A DNA stretch of 64,000 bases, taken from NCBI GenBank assembly GCA_012295275.1, contig CM022670.1, positions 22,320,001 to 22,384,000 of the forward strand, written 5' to 3'. This stretch comes from Chrysomallon squamiferum (taxonomy: Eukaryota; Animalia; Mollusca). This document shows positions 56,091-64,000 of the stretch, one piece after another. The notes below the pieces were generated by a model, which saw only the letters and a program-made list of their open reading frames with translations, was not told the origin of the DNA and searched no databases. Each line of letters begins with the position of its first letter. Position 1 is the first letter of the stretch. The translations under genes were made by a program, and so were the position numbers.

Positions 56091-56175
56091 TATTATGAAG
56101 GCCCCTGTTTGTGGTCCCTGGTTCAGCGGCACCATTTGCACAAAAAAGGTTCTTGGTTATTCCAGATATGGAAAA
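56091..56175 (+). repeat. ~85-bp dispersed repeat, copy 2
   Basis: Direct-orientation copy of 55401-55486. Confidence 0.9.
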
Positions 56176-56309
56176 CTTCTGTGGTGCCCCTTTCTCTTGA
56201 TGCGATAAAAGCGTGTTTATTTTGCTAAAAATATGGGTAAAACACCAATAACAAATAAATAATTATTATAAAAGTGTTGGGAGATTGAAGGAATGAGTAA
56301 TCATGTCTA

Positions 56310-56349
<40 letters not shown>

Positions 56350-56749
56350 TTTTTTTTTTTTTTTTTTTTTATTGTATATAAAATCTATTGGTATAAAAGA
56401 TGAGGAAACTCTGCCATCATTCCATCGTTTAGCGCTGGTCCTAAAGGATATTTTATGTTTATGATTGAACATATATGTATGTATTTAAACTATAATAAAC
56501 TACGATTTACCATAAATCACAACTGATTCACTATAAGTGCACGAGGCCGCCACTAGAAGTAGCGCTCTTGCGTTCTTGAAAGTGTAAGTTAACTCGAAGA
56601 ATCAGTTCTAAAAGTACATGTCTTGTTTATGCCATAATTCTAAATATAGCAACACGGGACCTTCCCATTCAGTCTCGGAACTATTTCCGATTGAGGTCGA
56701 CGAAACAAGAAGCCCACACTATAACGTCTCCTGCAGATACATATTAGAA

Positions 56750-61886
<5,137 letters not shown>

Positions 61887-62445
61887 TTTGGTCTTTCTTT
61901 ACTTATATCAAAATGATGTGACATTTAATATTATTTAGCGTTTGACTCATACATTTATATATAAGCAGCACAATTTTTAATTCCAGACTATACATGCTCA
62001 CAGTTTTCTGTGTTTTAAGGACTTCAAAATAGTTATGATAGTTGCTATTATTTTTAAATTTTGTTCAGTTTTGTTTCTTATAATTTGGTATTTTTCTAAA
62101 TCGAAACAGACTTCAGACTATAATGTAAGTGTGTTTTATAAAACTATTCTGTTGTTTGATTAGTATTAAAAATCTATTCAGGTTTGCAAAATGATTACAT
62201 TTTACAAGTATGCTTCCTTATGTGATATATTACAGTAATTCCATTTGCAACAAACAATCTTATATTTGATACTAAAACCACATTAATTTAAATAGGAAAC
62301 TCATTTAGAAATTTAAAAACTATGCAGAACAAATAGTTTTAAACTGTAAGATTAAAATATGCTGAACATTTATATAAGTTTTCATTTTATGATTATTATT
62401 ATAATTTTTCTTCTTCTTCTTCTTCTTCTTCTTCTTATTATTATT

Positions 62446-62550
62446 ATGATTATTATGATGATTATGATTATGATTAGATTATGATTATGATTATGATTAT
62501 GATTATGATTATGATTATGATTATTATTATGATTATTATTATTATTATTA
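62446..62550. repeat. (ATGATT)n/(ATT)n microsatellite
   Basis: Direct inspection. Confidence 0.9.
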
Positions 62551-64000
62551 GCAACGAACATTGAAAAAAAAAAGGGCCTAACTTGTTACTCTGTTCTGAC
62601 AAAGGCAGCGAGATTTCTTTTTATAGGAGGTACCTTTTTTCATTCTCTATAAATTTTGGATTCCATATATTTTATACCAAAACGTTAGTTAGTGTGGAAT
62701 AATACTTGTACACTTTCTTCTTATGATTTATATATTAAGCAGAGTTTATTGTTTGAACATTGGCAACTACAGTTAGCATTTGCTTCAGTGTTCTTTGCAA
62801 TGCTTGTGTGTACAGCGATTTGCATGGTTCATGGATATTTTCCATGGCGATAGGTGTACATTTTGATGAAGTGGAGTAACACCATGCTTTAAGTTTTATT
62901 GTGGCAATAGTGGAATAAAAGACCCTTACGATGTATTACGCCAATTTGTCGTTTGCAGTTTAATGGATCATTTCTTACAATTGCGATAGGAAGGACGCTC
63001 ATTATGCGGTTTTAACAAGTCCCCGTATCATGCAGTCGTTACAGTTTAGGTTTGATAGTGTGATACAGTCACATTAAAACAAATAAGATGTAATCCATAT
63101 CATTTAAATAGAATTGCTAATATTTCAAGTATTTCTTTTTCTTCTTAACTGGACGATCAGCGAACATAAAAAAAAAATCGCAAAATTGAAATAAATCGAG
63201 AATTAATGAATTGTAATACTACAAACTGAGAATTATCATCAGTTTCATTAGCAAATCAGCTTTCAAATCATGCGCATAGAAATCGATCACTTGTCTAAAA
63301 TTATCGACCGTTTTGACCATTATAAACTCTTCAGAATTTTAAAATGATCCTCCTTTATCTAATCCAGTAAATTAAAACCGTGACTACATATTAGTCTGTT
63401 GTTTATTTTTACGAAGAGTAAATCGTTAAATTGGCAGATATTTTTTATTTTAACCTCTCGTCTACATCAGTTTTCCAATGTTTTTAAAAACATTCTTTTC
63501 TCTTCTTCTTTTTTAGATATATATATATATATATATATGACAGGAAACATTATGATTATTTCGTTCCACTCAAAATCAAAATACATCTATCGACATATCA
63601 CTGGTATTTTGTAACCCTTAACCTTCACTTGCTGTTCTGTATTTTAATATTCGTTCCTCACGGCTGTGTTAAATCTGTCCCTACCTCAAATTGTTATTTA
63701 GTTTTGAGTATACTTGTTTCTCCAGAGCAACGATTTAAAGCATTCAAAAAGTTCAATGTGGTATTACAAACAATACTTTTTAACCACAACTAGACTGTTG
63801 TCTTGTTTGATAGTAGTTAATTTATTTAGTTATACAGTTCGTTTTTAATAACATCTCGTTTTCAAAGCAGCATTGTTATACATTCTTACTTAGATATAGT
63901 AAGTTTATTATTACATTTACTGTTGTTGTTATTATGAATATTATTACGTCTGCTGTTGTTGTTATCACTATCATTGTCATTGTTATTATTATTATTATTA

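Overview
This is AT-rich, microsatellite-rich, intron-containing animal DNA, probably molluscan (inferred, not proven). No prokaryotic systems, rRNA, tRNA or CRISPR are visible. I rebuilt nine spliced genes by hand: Elongin C (- strand), an ECHDC1-like ethylmalonyl-CoA decarboxylase (+), four G-protein gamma subunit genes in tandem A1-B1-A2-B2 order (+), two paralogous secreted Gly/Met/Tyr-rich proteins (-), and GLOD5 (+). A degenerate RTE-type LINE, several fold-back hairpins and a ~49-bp minisatellite are also present. The strongest signal is in both B-type (Ggamma1-like) genes. Each has an ATG-G micro-exon followed by an identical 18-nt frame-preserving microexon, flanked by conserved intronic blocks that include a 16-bp long-range RNA duplex. 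Inclusion would change the N-terminus from MADMR to MGTQGNAADMR, an N-myristoylation motif on a C-terminally prenylated protein. The second signal is that splicing gives the Gly/Met-rich proteins a conserved D-Y-G-R-R cleavage/amidation site and a Gly-terminated tail peptide, neither visible in the ORF track.
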